64,000 bases of DNA from Dongiaceae bacterium (GCA_035542235.1 DATKLU010000005.1:779-64778), one strand, 5' to 3'; shown: positions 1-9,884, numbered from the stretch's first letter. The notes: generated from the letters alone by a model not told the origin. Made by a program: numbers and translations.

Positions 1-441
1 ACCACCCAAGCGGTGCGCAAGGTGCACGACTTCCTAACCGTCGGCGCCGCCGCCCCGCTGCAGCAGGCCGGCGCGAGCGCCCTGCGTTCGCCGCAGAGCT
101 ATTACGATGGCCTGGCCTCGACCTATGCAAAAAAGCGCGAGCGCCTGCTCAAGATCCTGGAGAACGCCGGCTTCACCGTTTACAAGCCGCGCGGCGCGTA
201 CTACATCATGACCGACATTTCGCGCTTCCAGTTTCCCGCCGATGATCCGCGCTTCGCCGCGCCCACGCGGGACGTCGCGTTCGCAAAGTATCTGGTGCAG
301 GAAATCGGCGTAGCCTGCGTGCCGGGCTCGAGCTTTTACAAAGACGGCAACGATGGCGCGTCGCAGGTGCGCTTCACCTTTTGCAAGAAGGAAGAGACGC
401 TGGCTGCCGCCGAAGCGCGTTTCGCGAACCTCAAGATCTAG
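1..441 (+). CDS. PLP-dependent aminotransferase, class I/II, C-terminal fragment (5' end outside window)
   Basis: Frame is open to base 1 (track ORF 13-441). The tail ...PRGAYYIMTDIS...GVACVPGSSFY...VRFTFCKKEETL resembles the C-terminal small domain of fold-type I aminotransferases. Confidence 0.8.
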   Translation, partial: TTQAVRKVHDFLTVGAAAPLQQAGASALRSPQSYYDGLASTYAKKRERLLKILENAGFTVYKPRGAYYIMTDISRFQFPADDPRFAAPTRDVAFAKYLVQEIGVACVPGSSFYKDGNDGASQVRFTFCKKEETLAAAEARFANLKI

Positions 442-489
442 GACTGGCGGAGGCCGTGCCAACGGCTCGCGGAAAAATCGGGAAACGGT

Positions 490-711
490 ATGGATGATCT
501 GGCGTCGGTCGTATTTTTCGGGATTCCGCTGTGGCTGGTTCTTTTTGTGCTTGCCGGAATTACGCTGTTCCTGCTGAAAATCACTTCGGACGACAAAGAG
601 CCAGGCGGCCGCTCGCCCGGCGTTTCACTGCGCCTGTTCCTTCTGCTCGCCACGCTGCTGCTGGCCATCGCCGGAATCGTGAGCTTCTACCGCTGGGTTC
701 AGCCGGAGTAA
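490..711 (+). CDS. small membrane protein, two predicted TM helices
   Basis: 73-aa ORF with two hydrophobic stretches (VVFFGIPLWLVLFVLAGITLFLL and LFLLLATLLLAIAGIVSF) and ATG start. No recognisable family. Confidence 0.45.
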   Translation: MDDLASVVFFGIPLWLVLFVLAGITLFLLKITSDDKEPGGRSPGVSLRLFLLLATLLLAIAGIVSFYRWVQPE

Positions 712-990
712 GCCCTACCGCCAGGCTCGTTTTTGCGCCTTACAAACGTCCTGCCAAGCTGCCTGAACTGTTCTTTAAGTAGTTGAAAATGCTGATGTTT
801 AAGAATGGGGTAGGGAACTGACGGTCGGTTGCCCTGTGGTGGTTAGCCCCCTACCCCGCGAGTGGTCTTGTTGGTATAGACGAGGCACCTAGCGGAAAGG
901 TTTCGCGGGAGCTTAAAAAATTTAACGTGGCCGGATTGCCGTTTCGGAAAATGGGAAACAGCATCCCTTTTCCTGAAGGCCTTCGCCTGA

Positions 991-2391
991 TTACCCCAAA
1001 TCTACCGTGTCCAGATACCGCGCCACGCCGACATCCCACTGATATTTTTCCCGGATGGCGGCCTGCAAGGCCTGCGCCGCTGCCGGCTCGCCGTGCGTCA
1101 GCCAGGTTTTTTTCGGAGCGCTCTGCAATCCACCCAGCCAGCGCAACAGCTCGCTTTTTCCCGCATGCGCGGAAAGCTGGCCCATGGTGACGACCTCCGC
1201 GTTCACCGGCACCGCCTGCCCGAAAAGATGCAGGGTCTTGGCACCTTCCTGCAGGGCGCGCCCGCGTGTGCCCTCCGCCTGAAAGCCGGCCAGTAGCACC
1301 GCGTTGCGCGCGTCGGGCAGCCGCTGGGCCAGATGATGCAGCACGCGCCCGCCGGTCACCATGCCGCTTGCGGAAATGATGATGCACGGCGTCTTGATGT
1401 TGTTGATGCCTTTGGATTCTTCCACCGTGCGGGTCAGATGAAACTCCCGCACGTTCAGGGGGTCGTGGTCCCCGCTGTTTTCCAGCTTGGTGAAATCCGG
1501 GTCGTGGTCGTCGTGGTATTTCACGTAGAGGTCGGTCGCGCTCAGCGCCATCGGGCTGTCCACGTACACCGGCACCCGGGGAATGCGCTGCTCGTCTTCC
1601 AGTTGCCGCAGGAAGTACATAAAGGTCTGCGTACGGCCGATCGCAAATGCCGGAATCACAATGGACCCGCCGCGCTTGACCACTCGGTTCACCACGTCGG
1701 CCAGCGCCTGCACCGGATCGCCCGCCTCATGTTCGCGATCGCCGTATGTGGATTCACACAGAAGCACGTCCGCCCGCGGAGGCGTAACCGGATCGTTCAG
1801 AATCGGCTGCGCATATCTGCCGATGTCCCCTGAAAAGACCACCACGGTCCTTTTGCCGTCCTCGGTGATCGTCAGCGCCAGGCTGGTCGAGCCCAGAATG
1901 TGCCCGGCGTCGTAGGCCTCGAAGTGAAACTCCGGCGACACGTCAAACCCGCCGGTGCGCGCCGCTGGCTTGAACTGCCGCACCACCGGATCCACGTCCT
2001 CCGTGGTGTACAGCGGCTCGTGGCCGTCGTCTCCGTCCTTGTATTTCGGGTTGCGCTGCGCGCGCTCCGCGTCTTCCTCCTGAATGTGCGCGGAGTCTTT
2101 CAGCGAAATCGTCGCCAAATCAATGGTCGCGGGGTTGGCGTAAATCGGGCCGCGGTAGCCGTCGCGCACCAGGCACGGCAGCCAGCCCACGTGATCCAGG
2201 TGCGCGTGGGTCACCACGCAATAGTTGATGCTCGCCGGGTCCACGCTCAGTGGCTTGAAGTTCCGCTGGTTCAGCTCGGGAGATCCCTGAAAAATGCCGC
2301 AATCCAGGAGCAGGCGTTTTCCTGCCGCTTCCACGAGGTATTTTGATCCGGTTACAGTCCCTGCGGCTCCCAGGAACGTCAACTTGGCCAT
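991..2391 (-). CDS. MBL-fold beta-CASP family hydrolase (RNA-metabolising metallo-beta-lactamase type)
   Basis: N-terminus MAKLTFLGAAGTVTGSKYLV and HxHxDH motif (VVTHAHLDHVGW) with a beta-CASP-like C-terminal half. Start set to ATG 2391 (GGGAGA RBS 6 nt upstream) instead of track start 2442. Confidence 0.85.
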   Translation of the reverse strand: MAKLTFLGAAGTVTGSKYLVEAAGKRLLLDCGIFQGSPELNQRNFKPLSVDPASINYCVVTHAHLDHVGWLPCLVRDGYRGPIYANPATIDLATISLKDSAHIQEEDAERAQRNPKYKDGDDGHEPLYTTEDVDPVVRQFKPAARTGGFDVSPEFHFEAYDAGHILGSTSLALTITEDGKRTVVVFSGDIGRYAQPILNDPVTPPRADVLLCESTYGDREHEAGDPVQALADVVNRVVKRGGSIVIPAFAIGRTQTFMYFLRQLEDEQRIPRVPVYVDSPMALSATDLYVKYHDDHDPDFTKLENSGDHDPLNVREFHLTRTVEESKGINNIKTPCIIISASGMVTGGRVLHHLAQRLPDARNAVLLAGFQAEGTRGRALQEGAKTLHLFGQAVPVNAEVVTMGQLSAHAGKSELLRWLGGLQSAPKKTWLTHGEPAAAQALQAAIREKYQWDVGVARYLDTVDLG

Positions 2392-2472
2392 GGTGGGTCT
2401 CCCTAAACGCCGGACAAAAACGTTACCCCATCCACCGGCCAAAGCAAAATTGTTCGCGCCTTTGCCGCTATT

Positions 2473-4104
2473 TCAACTCCTGGAGTCCGAATCTTCGTGG
2501 CTAATGATCAGCCGCTCTTCCGTCAAATCCAGCTCGCGTTCCAGCTGGCGCAGCAATTCGTCGCTGATCTCTCCGCGGTTCCTCAGCTCCACCGCCGTCC
2601 GCCGCTCCACTCGGATCATGTCGCACATCAGTCGCCGGTGCTTGTCCATCTGTTCCCGCGCGCGAATCGTCTGCGGCTGCCCCTCGTCCGCGAACTTGTC
2701 GATCTTCAGTTCGTACATTTGCACCAGCGAATCGTAGACGTCGGTGTACTCGTCGCCATCCTTCTGCCGTTCCGTGTTCAGGCGTTCCAGCGCGGCGCGC
2801 AGAATCTTCTGTCGCGCCTGGTGCTCTTCTTCGTGCGACGCCCGCGTCCCTGCCAGCCCCAAAGCCCGGATCAGCGGCGGCAGGGTCAGCCCCTGGCCGA
2901 CCAGAGTCACAATGATCACCGCGAAGGTCAGAAAAATGATCATGTTGCGCTGTGGGAACTCGGCGCCGTTGCTCAGCGTTTCCGGAAGGGAAAGCGCCGC
3001 CGCCAGCGCCACCACGCCCCGCATTCCCGTCCAGCCCACAACGAAGACGTTGCGCGCGCTTGGCATCGGCGCTTGCTGCCTCAGCAAATGCCTGCGGATC
3101 GACCAGGAAAGCGCCGTCGCCGGGTACATCCAGATTAGCCGCAACGCGATCAAGATCACGCTCAGTGCCAGCCCGTAGAAAATCAGCTCGCTCATACGGT
3201 GGTCCTTGAGTTCGCCCACCACATACGGCAGTTGCAGCCCGATGGCCACGAACACCAGCCCGTTCAGCACAAAGGTGAGGGACTCCCAAACCGCCCACGC
3301 CTGGATGCGCACGGTCGGGGAAAAAAACTCCGAGCTTTTGCGCGACAAGTACAACCCGCAGGCAATCACCGCCAGCACCCCTGAGGCGTGCGCGGCTTCC
3401 GCCGCCAGGTACGCCACGTAGGGCACTAGAATGCTCACCGTGATTTCGATCGGCCCGTCTTCCAGCCGCCGCTCAAACCATTCCACCACCAGTCCGATGA
3501 CCAACCCGATCGCGATGCCCACCACGATCAGGTACGCCAACTGCAGAAAGCCCTGCCCAATCGTCGGCCGTTTGCCCTCCACCACCATCGCCACCGCGAA
3601 TCCCAGCGCCACCAGACCGGTCGCGTCGTTGACCAGGCTTTCGCCTTCCAGAATGTCCACGATGCGTTTGGGCAGACCGATGTTGCGGGCGATCGCGGTG
3701 GCCGCGATGGCGTCAGTGGTGGAGACCACCGCGCCCAGCACAAAACCCAGTCGCCAGTCGAATCCCTTGAACACCCAGGGGGCCGCGTATGCCACGCCAA
3801 TCGCCGTGAAGGCCACCAGACCCACCGCCAGCAGCGAGATGCTCACGCTGTTCTTCACGAACTCGCGCCATGAGGTCAGCCACGCGCCGCTGAATAGCAG
3901 CGGCGGCAGCACCACCAGAAAAATCACTTCGGGGTTGATCTGGATTTTCGGAGTGCCCGGAACGAAGCTGAGCACCAGCCCAGCTATGACCAGCACAATC
4001 GGATAGGGCGTTCGCAACTTCTGCGCCAGCACCGCGAACAGCACTACAAACACCAGCAGCAGCAGAACCAGTGTCTCAACCGCGTGAATTGCCCCGCCGT
4101 CCAT
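2473..4104 (-). CDS. Na+/H+ antiporter, CPA1 (NhaP-like) family
   Basis: 543 aa. Polytopic membrane domain (…LAQKLRTPYPIVLVIAGLVLSF…, …ESLVNDATGLV…) followed by a charged soluble C-terminal tail, typical of bacterial Na+/H+ exchangers. Confidence 0.85.
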   Translation of the reverse strand: MDGGAIHAVETLVLLLLVFVVLFAVLAQKLRTPYPIVLVIAGLVLSFVPGTPKIQINPEVIFLVVLPPLLFSGAWLTSWREFVKNSVSISLLAVGLVAFTAIGVAYAAPWVFKGFDWRLGFVLGAVVSTTDAIAATAIARNIGLPKRIVDILEGESLVNDATGLVALGFAVAMVVEGKRPTIGQGFLQLAYLIVVGIAIGLVIGLVVEWFERRLEDGPIEITVSILVPYVAYLAAEAAHASGVLAVIACGLYLSRKSSEFFSPTVRIQAWAVWESLTFVLNGLVFVAIGLQLPYVVGELKDHRMSELIFYGLALSVILIALRLIWMYPATALSWSIRRHLLRQQAPMPSARNVFVVGWTGMRGVVALAAALSLPETLSNGAEFPQRNMIIFLTFAVIIVTLVGQGLTLPPLIRALGLAGTRASHEEEHQARQKILRAALERLNTERQKDGDEYTDVYDSLVQMYELKIDKFADEGQPQTIRAREQMDKHRRLMCDMIRVERRTAVELRNRGEISDELLRQLERELDLTEERLIISHEDSDSRS

Positions 4105-4246
4105 TCCGTCTCCGTCTCGCAGGCCTTGTTCGTCCGCTTCGCGTGCTGAACACCATACCGCATTCCGCGCCGCGGCCGTTTTCGCTCGACGTTTTTCCGG
4201 CCGATGCTACACTCGTCGGCGCCGTCTCCATTCACAGGCGCTGCCA

Positions 4247-5419
4247 TTGACCCACTCCCTCATTTATCGCGACATCGCCATGGTATTTGCCGCCGCGTTC
4301 GTGTGCGGGCTGCTGGCCTGGCGCTGGCGCCAGCCGATTTTGCTCGGCTACGTGATCGCCGGACTGATCCTCAGCCCGCTTACGCCCGGCCCGCGCATCC
4401 ACGACGTGCACGTTTTTGAGACCATGGCCGAAATCGGCGTGATTCTGCTGATGTTCTCCGTCGGCATTGAGTTCTCCATCCCCGACCTGATGAAAGTGAA
4501 GTGGGTGGCCCTGCTGGGTGCGCCCTTAGGCATTGGAGTTTCCGTGGGAATCGGTGCCGGCATCGGCGCGCTTCTCGGCTGGCCGCTGCTGCAGGGCGTG
4601 GCCGTCGGCTGCATCATTTCCGTGGCCAGCACCATGGTCATGATGCGGCTGCTCATGGACCGTGGTGAACTCTCCAGCGAATCCGGCAGAGTGATGATCA
4701 CGCTGACCCTGGTGGAGGATCTCGCGGTCGTTATTCTCACCATTCTGCTGCCCAGCCTTAATTCCAGCGAAGGCACCTACGCGCAGGTCTTCTGGCGCAC
4801 CGGACGCGCTCTGCTCTTGCTGGTGCCGATCGTTCTGGCGGGCTGGAAACTTGTGCCCGGGCTGCTGCGCCGGGTAGAGCGCACCTGCAACGACGAAATC
4901 TCGCTCCTGCTCGGCCTCACCATCTGTCTGGTGGTCGCCGCCCTGACCGAGCTGATCGGTCTGTCCCTGGCCCTCGGAGCCTTTGTCGCCGGGCTGTTGC
5001 TCGGCAACTCCGATTTCGTGCACAAATTGGAAAAGCAGACCCTGCCCCTGCGGGACGCTTTTGTGGCCCTGTTTTTCGTCACCGTGGGCATGCTGATCGA
5101 TCCCAAGACCTGGCTCGCCTCCTGGCAACTGGTCCTGATCCTGGTGTTGATCATCATCGTCGGCAAGTTCGCGGTATGGAGCGGCATCGCAAGGATCTTC
5201 GGCTACTCCTGGGACACCTCAAAACGCGTAGGGATTGGGCTGACCCAGATCGGCGAGTTTTCCTTTATCCTGGCTCAGGTTTCCCTGAATGCCGGCCTGA
5301 TCACCCGGGAGATCTACAACGCAACCCTGGTGGCATCGCTGGTCACCATCCTCGCCAACGCCACCTTCTTCAAGTTTCTCAAGCCCGCCCCGGGCGCGCA
5401 AAACGCTCAGCCTGGCTGA
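4247..5419 (+). CDS. cation:proton antiporter, CPA2 (Kef/NapA-like membrane domain, no KTN domain)
   Basis: 390 aa and polytopic. Has the motif RWRQPILLGYVIAGLILSP…FETMAEIGVILLMFSVGIEFS typical of the CPA2 N-terminus. TTG start 4247 is uncertain (alternative ATG 4280). Confidence 0.8.
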   Translation: MTHSLIYRDIAMVFAAAFVCGLLAWRWRQPILLGYVIAGLILSPLTPGPRIHDVHVFETMAEIGVILLMFSVGIEFSIPDLMKVKWVALLGAPLGIGVSVGIGAGIGALLGWPLLQGVAVGCIISVASTMVMMRLLMDRGELSSESGRVMITLTLVEDLAVVILTILLPSLNSSEGTYAQVFWRTGRALLLLVPIVLAGWKLVPGLLRRVERTCNDEISLLLGLTICLVVAALTELIGLSLALGAFVAGLLLGNSDFVHKLEKQTLPLRDAFVALFFVTVGMLIDPKTWLASWQLVLILVLIIIVGKFAVWSGIARIFGYSWDTSKRVGIGLTQIGEFSFILAQVSLNAGLITREIYNATLVASLVTILANATFFKFLKPAPGAQNAQPG

Positions 5420-5523
5420 TTCGGCCTGCGAAACTTTGTCCCGCCGTCCAACCTCCGTGCCGTTTGCGGTGTCTATACTAAGTCAGTTATTCGGGTCCTA
5501 ACCTTTCGACAACGAGGCGCTCC

Positions 5524-6756
5524 ATGAACCGCACCCTTCGCCGGATGGCGCTGCTTCCGGCTGTCTGGCTTTGTCTCTCTGGTGGATTCCTGATCGCACA
5601 ACAAACCCCCTCTTCGCCGCCCGTGGCGGCTGCTGATTCCGCATTCCAAGCGCAGAAGACGTTCGCCACCAACCTTTTCAATCAGAACCATCATCTGGAG
5701 GCCCTCCCGGTTCTCGAACAATTGCTGAAAGAGAAGCCGGATGACTCTGATGTCATGTTCATGTACGGCGCCTCTTTGGTGGACCACTCTGCAACCCTAG
5801 CCGATGATGCCGCGCAATCCCGCGAACTCATCCGGGCCCGCCAACTGCTCGAACGTGCGAAAGAACTTGGCAACCACAGCGGCCTGCTCATGAATTTGCT
5901 GGAGATGATTCCGGCCAATGGCGAAGTCCATCACGACAAGAATCCCGCTGTCGCCGCTGCCATCCAGGAAGGCGAAGGCGCTTTCGCCAAGAATGACTAC
6001 GACGCCGCGATTACCGCCTACAGCAGGGCCTTCACCCTCGACCCCACCAACTACGCGGCCGCACTCTTCATCGGCGATTCGTTCTTTGCGAAAAAGGACA
6101 ACGCCAACGCGGGCATCTGGTACGACCGCGCCATCGCACTGAATCCCGACATCGAAACCGCTTACCGCTACGAAGCCGACATGTACGCCCGCGCCGGTGA
6201 CCTGGAGAAAGCTCGCAAGCTATCCATTCAGTCCGTCGTGGCCGCGCCTTACACCAACGCTACGTGGCGCGCGCTGCTGGGCTGGGCCAAGATGGCGAAG
6301 GTGAATTTGACTCCCGTTCAAATCAAGGCGGCAGGCGGAGTAACGAAGCAGGAGGACAAGCACATTACGATCACCATGGACCCCACAAAGACGGACAGCG
6401 GGGCGGTTTGGCTGGCTTACCAGATGTCGCGCGCGCTATGGCAAACAGAAAAATTCAAGAAGACTTACCCGGGAGAAGCCTCCTACCGCCACAGCCTTGC
6501 CGAAGAAACAGACGCTTTGCAGATCGCGGCGAGCGTCGCCCGGGAGCTCGCCGCCAAAAACAAGAAAATCACGGCCGATCCCGATGTGGCCCTGCTGCTG
6601 CGGCTGTCTGACGCGAAAATGATTGAGCCGTACGTCCTCTTGAGCGCGCCGGATCAGGGCATCGCCGCGGACTACGAGGCATATCGCGCGCAGCATCGCG
6701 AACAACTGGCGGAGTACCTCGCGCAATTCATCGTTCCGGAACCGGCAAAGAACTAG
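5524..6756 (+). CDS. secreted TPR-repeat protein
   Basis: Signal peptide MNRTLRRMALLPAVWLCLSGGFLIAQQ. Has TPR-like units (…DYDAAITAYSRAFTLDPTNYAAALFIGDSFFAKKDNANAGIWYDRAIALNPD…). Confidence 0.7.
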   Translation: MNRTLRRMALLPAVWLCLSGGFLIAQQTPSSPPVAAADSAFQAQKTFATNLFNQNHHLEALPVLEQLLKEKPDDSDVMFMYGASLVDHSATLADDAAQSRELIRARQLLERAKELGNHSGLLMNLLEMIPANGEVHHDKNPAVAAAIQEGEGAFAKNDYDAAITAYSRAFTLDPTNYAAALFIGDSFFAKKDNANAGIWYDRAIALNPDIETAYRYEADMYARAGDLEKARKLSIQSVVAAPYTNATWRALLGWAKMAKVNLTPVQIKAAGGVTKQEDKHITITMDPTKTDSGAVWLAYQMSRALWQTEKFKKTYPGEASYRHSLAEETDALQIAASVARELAAKNKKITADPDVALLLRLSDAKMIEPYVLLSAPDQGIAADYEAYRAQHREQLAEYLAQFIVPEPAKN

Positions 6757-6790
6757 ACGGGACCTTTTGCGGAAATCAGGAGGAGAAAAT

Positions 6791-6866
6791 TGGTGGAGCC
6801 GATGGGGTTCGAACCCACGACCTCCTCGATGCCATCGAGGCGCGCTCCCAGCTGCGCCACGGCCCC
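6791..6866 (-). tRNA. tRNA-Ala (anticodon GGC), 76 nt, CCA encoded
   Basis: The reverse complement folds as a cloverleaf. Acceptor is GGGGCCG/CGGCTCC with the G3:U70 alanine identity pair. D arm is GCGC-AGCTGGGA-GCGC. Anticodon arm is CCTCG-ATGGCAT-CGAGG (GGC). T arm is GTGGG-TTCGAAC-CCCAT. It ends in ACCA. Confidence 0.92.
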
Positions 6867-7044
6867 ACCGAACCAGCCCAGCTAGTTTAGCACAGGAAAA
6901 CGCGCCGCAGTGCCGGCGTCTTGACTCGTTCGTCCAATGCAACCCGAAGCGCGTCGTGCAAGTCTTATCAAGATAGGGCTATCCTGTTGAGGAGCCCTGT
7001 ACCGCCCGGCTAATCTGGAAAGCCGCAAAAACGGACGTGAACCT

Positions 7045-7968
7045 GTGACCAGTCTTGCTACTACGAAGAGCCTGCAATCCCTTGGGATGTTTTCCGCCCG
7101 CTTGGCGCTTACTACAGTCGCAGCGGCCGCGCTTTCCGTCGCGCTCTGCGCACAGACGCAAGGCCCGCTGCCGCCGCCGGCTTCAACCGGCGGCTCCGGC
7201 GCACCGGGCCCGGTCATGTCCGGCGCTGGCGCCGCTGTCCGCGCCGGCGGCCACACCGAAGAGGGCATCACCAACGAGCCTCCCTCCATCCCGGTCGAAC
7301 AGATCATCGCCAAATTCTCGCAGCACGAGTCCGAATTCCTGAAGGAACGCGGCAACTACACCTACACACAGACCTTCGTCATGCAAACCGTAGACGCTGA
7401 CGGCTACCCCGACGGCGAATACCGTATGAGCAGCGATATCCTCTTCACGCCGGACGGTAAGCGCTACGAGAAGGTGACGTTCGCCCCGCAACCCACGCTG
7501 AACCGGCTGCAACTGACCAAGCAGGACCTCGACGATTTAAAGAATATCCAGCCCTTTGTGCTGAACACCGAGGACCTGCCGAAATACAACGTCACTTACG
7601 TGGGCCGTCAGATCGTGGACGAACTGCACACCTACGTTTTCGAAGTCGCGCCGAAGAAAATGGAAAAAGACCAGCGTTACTTTCAGGGGCGCGTCTGGGT
7701 GGACGATCACGACCTGCAAATCGTGAAAAGCTATGGCAAGGCCGTGCCGGACATCATCAAGAAGAACAATGAGAATATCTTTCCCCACTTCGAAACCTAC
7801 CGTGAGAATATCGCCGGACCTTACTGGTTTCCGACCTACACCCATGCCGACGACGTGCTGCACTTCTCCAGCGGCGGCATCCACATTCGCATGACCGTGA
7901 AATATTCCAATTACAAGCGTTTCGGCTCGACCGTCCGGATCGGCGCGCCGGTCGAAGTGAAGCAGTAG
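7045..7968 (+). CDS. secreted protein, possibly LolA-like / outer-membrane lipoprotein-sorting fold
   Basis: Signal peptide MFSARLALTTVAAAALSVALCAQ (if ATG 7087 is used). The Pro/Gly-rich linker and beta-rich body (…YFQGRVWVDDHDLQIVKSYGK…YWFPTYTHADD…) are reminiscent of LolA-like proteins. Function is tentative and the start is 7045 (GTG) or 7087. Confidence 0.5.
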   Translation: MTSLATTKSLQSLGMFSARLALTTVAAAALSVALCAQTQGPLPPPASTGGSGAPGPVMSGAGAAVRAGGHTEEGITNEPPSIPVEQIIAKFSQHESEFLKERGNYTYTQTFVMQTVDADGYPDGEYRMSSDILFTPDGKRYEKVTFAPQPTLNRLQLTKQDLDDLKNIQPFVLNTEDLPKYNVTYVGRQIVDELHTYVFEVAPKKMEKDQRYFQGRVWVDDHDLQIVKSYGKAVPDIIKKNNENIFPHFETYRENIAGPYWFPTYTHADDVLHFSSGGIHIRMTVKYSNYKRFGSTVRIGAPVEVKQ

Positions 7969-7977
7969 GATCGTTCC

Positions 7978-8286
7978 GTGAACCGCGCGCAACTCCTGCT
8001 GCGAACGCTCGGCTCCGCGGCGGTCTTGGGAGCCGCGCTCTACGCGGGAGATTTCGCCGTGTTGCGCGTGCGCAGTATGCGCGCGACGCCGAATTGGCCG
8101 TTGGAGTCCACGACTCGCACCCGCGTTCTGGCGATTCCCATGAAAAACGGCAAGTACGACTATCAGATTGACGCGCAGCAGCCCGTCGAAACCGTCACCT
8201 GCGTGCACGCTCTTTTCCCGCACGGCGGTTCGAATCCGTGCTGGTACGTGAAGCCGCGCCTCAATCAGCCGATTCCCGTGAATTAA
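7978..8286 (+). CDS. small secreted hypothetical protein
   Basis: 102-aa ORF starting 9 nt after the previous gene, with a hydrophobic N-terminus (LLLRTLGSAAVLGAALYAG). No recognised family. Confidence 0.5.
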   Translation: MNRAQLLLRTLGSAAVLGAALYAGDFAVLRVRSMRATPNWPLESTTRTRVLAIPMKNGKYDYQIDAQQPVETVTCVHALFPHGGSNPCWYVKPRLNQPIPVN

Positions 8287-8296
8287 CTCCGAGTGT

Positions 8297-8653
8297 TCAG
8301 GCGCGAGTGCCGGGACGCAGCGGCGCAAGGCACGCCAGCGTATAGGCGCCGAGCGTTACGCCCAGGGGCAACTCCGAAGCCGCAAGTAGCGCCGCCGCGA
8401 TGAGCAGCGCGCGCCCGCCGCCTCCCATCGCCGCGAATCCGCCCAGCACCGCCACCACTGCGCACACCAAGCTCAGCAGGATCGCGAAAAAATAGAGAAC
8501 GTGAAACGCGCTCATCAGCGAATACGGTTCCGGCACCCGCGTCAGCAGCGCTCCGAACATCACCGTGGCCGTCGGCGCAAACACCAGCAGCGCGACGCCC
8601 AGCGCGGCGCGAAAAACTCCATAGGCAATCCAAAAGATCCCAAGTGCTCTCAT
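8297..8653 (-). CDS. hypothetical membrane protein (about 4 TM helices)
   Basis: 118 aa, almost entirely hydrophobic helices (MRALGIFWIAYGVFRAALGVALLVFAP…). Confidence 0.55.
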   Translation of the reverse strand: MRALGIFWIAYGVFRAALGVALLVFAPTATVMFGALLTRVPEPYSLMSAFHVLYFFAILLSLVCAVVAVLGGFAAMGGGGRALLIAAALLAASELPLGVTLGAYTLACLAPLRPGTRA

Positions 8654-8859
8654 AGTTTGTCTTCGGAGCAGGTTGCGAGGAATTCACCCGGGAAGCGCAG
8701 GAACGGGCGTCCCAGCCCTGAGATCCCGATTGCTCGGGACATCCACCTGCTCGCCGCGCTTCCCGGCTTGCGAACGGAAGTCGATCCCCCGCTCGCGCAC
8801 AGAATGCCGCTCGCTCGCGCGCAAGGGAATTGGGGATTCGCTGTACGCAGCGCGAGTCT

Positions 8860-9660
8860 TTACCGTACCTGCGCGCGCGGCGCCGCCGCCCCCGGCAGGC
8901 CGAGCGCGCGGTCCAACGAATGCTTCTCTTCGGAGCGGAGCTCGCGCGCCGCGCCTTTTCCAAGCTCGCCGAGTTGCAAAGGACCGATGGCTACGCGAAT
9001 CAGGCGCAGTACCTCCACGCCGCAGGCCTCCAGCATCCGACGGATCTGCCGGTTCTTGCCCTCATCAAGGATCAGTTCAATCCACGAATTCTTTTCGCCG
9101 CCGCGAATAGCGCGCACCTGCTTGGCCGCCAGTCGCTCGCCTTCGCTCACCACGCCATCGCGCAGGCGCTGCAGCAGCGTCTCCTCAGCGAGTGCCCCGA
9201 TCTGTACGTGATAAGTTTTGTCCAGGTGCGATTCTGGCGCGGTAATGCGGTTCGCCCATTCCGAGTCGTTGGTGAAGAGCAGCAGCCCTTCGCTGGCTTT
9301 ATCCAGCCGTCCCACCGGACCCATCCACGGCAGCCCCGGCGGCAATTGCGCGTATACCGTTTCCCGCCCGCGTTCGTCGTCGGCCGTCGTCACCGTCCCG
9401 CGTGTCTTGTTCACCATCCAGTACGCTTTGCTCGCGCGTTGTACCGCTGCGCCATCTACCTCAATCCGATCGCGCCCGATCCGCACGCCGGTGGAAGGGT
9501 TTGCCGGTATCTTGCCGTTCAGCCGCACCCGCCCCGCTCGGATCAGATCGAACGCCTCCGAGCGCGAACAATACCCCATCTTGGAAAGAGCGCGTGCCAG
9601 CCCCACCCTGGCCTGACCGCCTCCCCGCTCGCGCTTTCCCGCTTTGCCCCTCGGCCCCAT
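8860..9660 (-). CDS. pseudouridine synthase, RsuA/RluB/RluE/RluF family, with N-terminal S4 domain
   Basis: S4-like LARALSKMGYCSRSEAFDLIRAGRVRLNG. Catalytic-Asp motif GRLDKASEGLLLFTND, and …GKNRQIRRM… typical of this family. Confidence 0.85.
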   Translation of the reverse strand: MGPRGKAGKRERGGGQARVGLARALSKMGYCSRSEAFDLIRAGRVRLNGKIPANPSTGVRIGRDRIEVDGAAVQRASKAYWMVNKTRGTVTTADDERGRETVYAQLPPGLPWMGPVGRLDKASEGLLLFTNDSEWANRITAPESHLDKTYHVQIGALAEETLLQRLRDGVVSEGERLAAKQVRAIRGGEKNSWIELILDEGKNRQIRRMLEACGVEVLRLIRVAIGPLQLGELGKGAARELRSEEKHSLDRALGLPGAAAPRAQVR

Positions 9661-9840
9661 CTTTCCTTTCTATCACGCCTAGGTTGTTTGCCGGGTCTGC
9701 CAGAGCCGCATTGATCTGCCGCATCCTGCAAGTTGCCACGCCGCCCAGACCCCGTAGCGCCGGGCTTCAACCCGGCCGGATACACAGGAAAGCCCGCCCT
9801 CTCCGCTCTAACCATTTGCGAAAGCCGTCGTCAAACGAAG

Positions 9841-9884
9841 TACGAAGATTTTCGTTGACATTACGAAATCCTTCGTAGTAACGT
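9841..9884 (+). promoter_or_regulatory. candidate blaI-like promoter with two dyad operators (TACGAA-N4-TTCGTA)
   Basis: TACGAAgattTTCGTT lies at 9841-9856 and a perfect TACGAAatccTTCGTA at 9862-9877, with centres 21 bp apart. -35 TTGACA is at 9855-9860, followed by an 18-nt spacer and -10 TAACGT at 9879-9884. The ATG follows 7 nt later. Confidence 0.5.

Noticed and set aside
8227-8237. tRNA T-loop-like GGTTCGAATCC
   Set aside because: It lies inside CDS 7978-8286. The flanks do not form a T stem or an acceptor stem, so no cloverleaf can be drawn.
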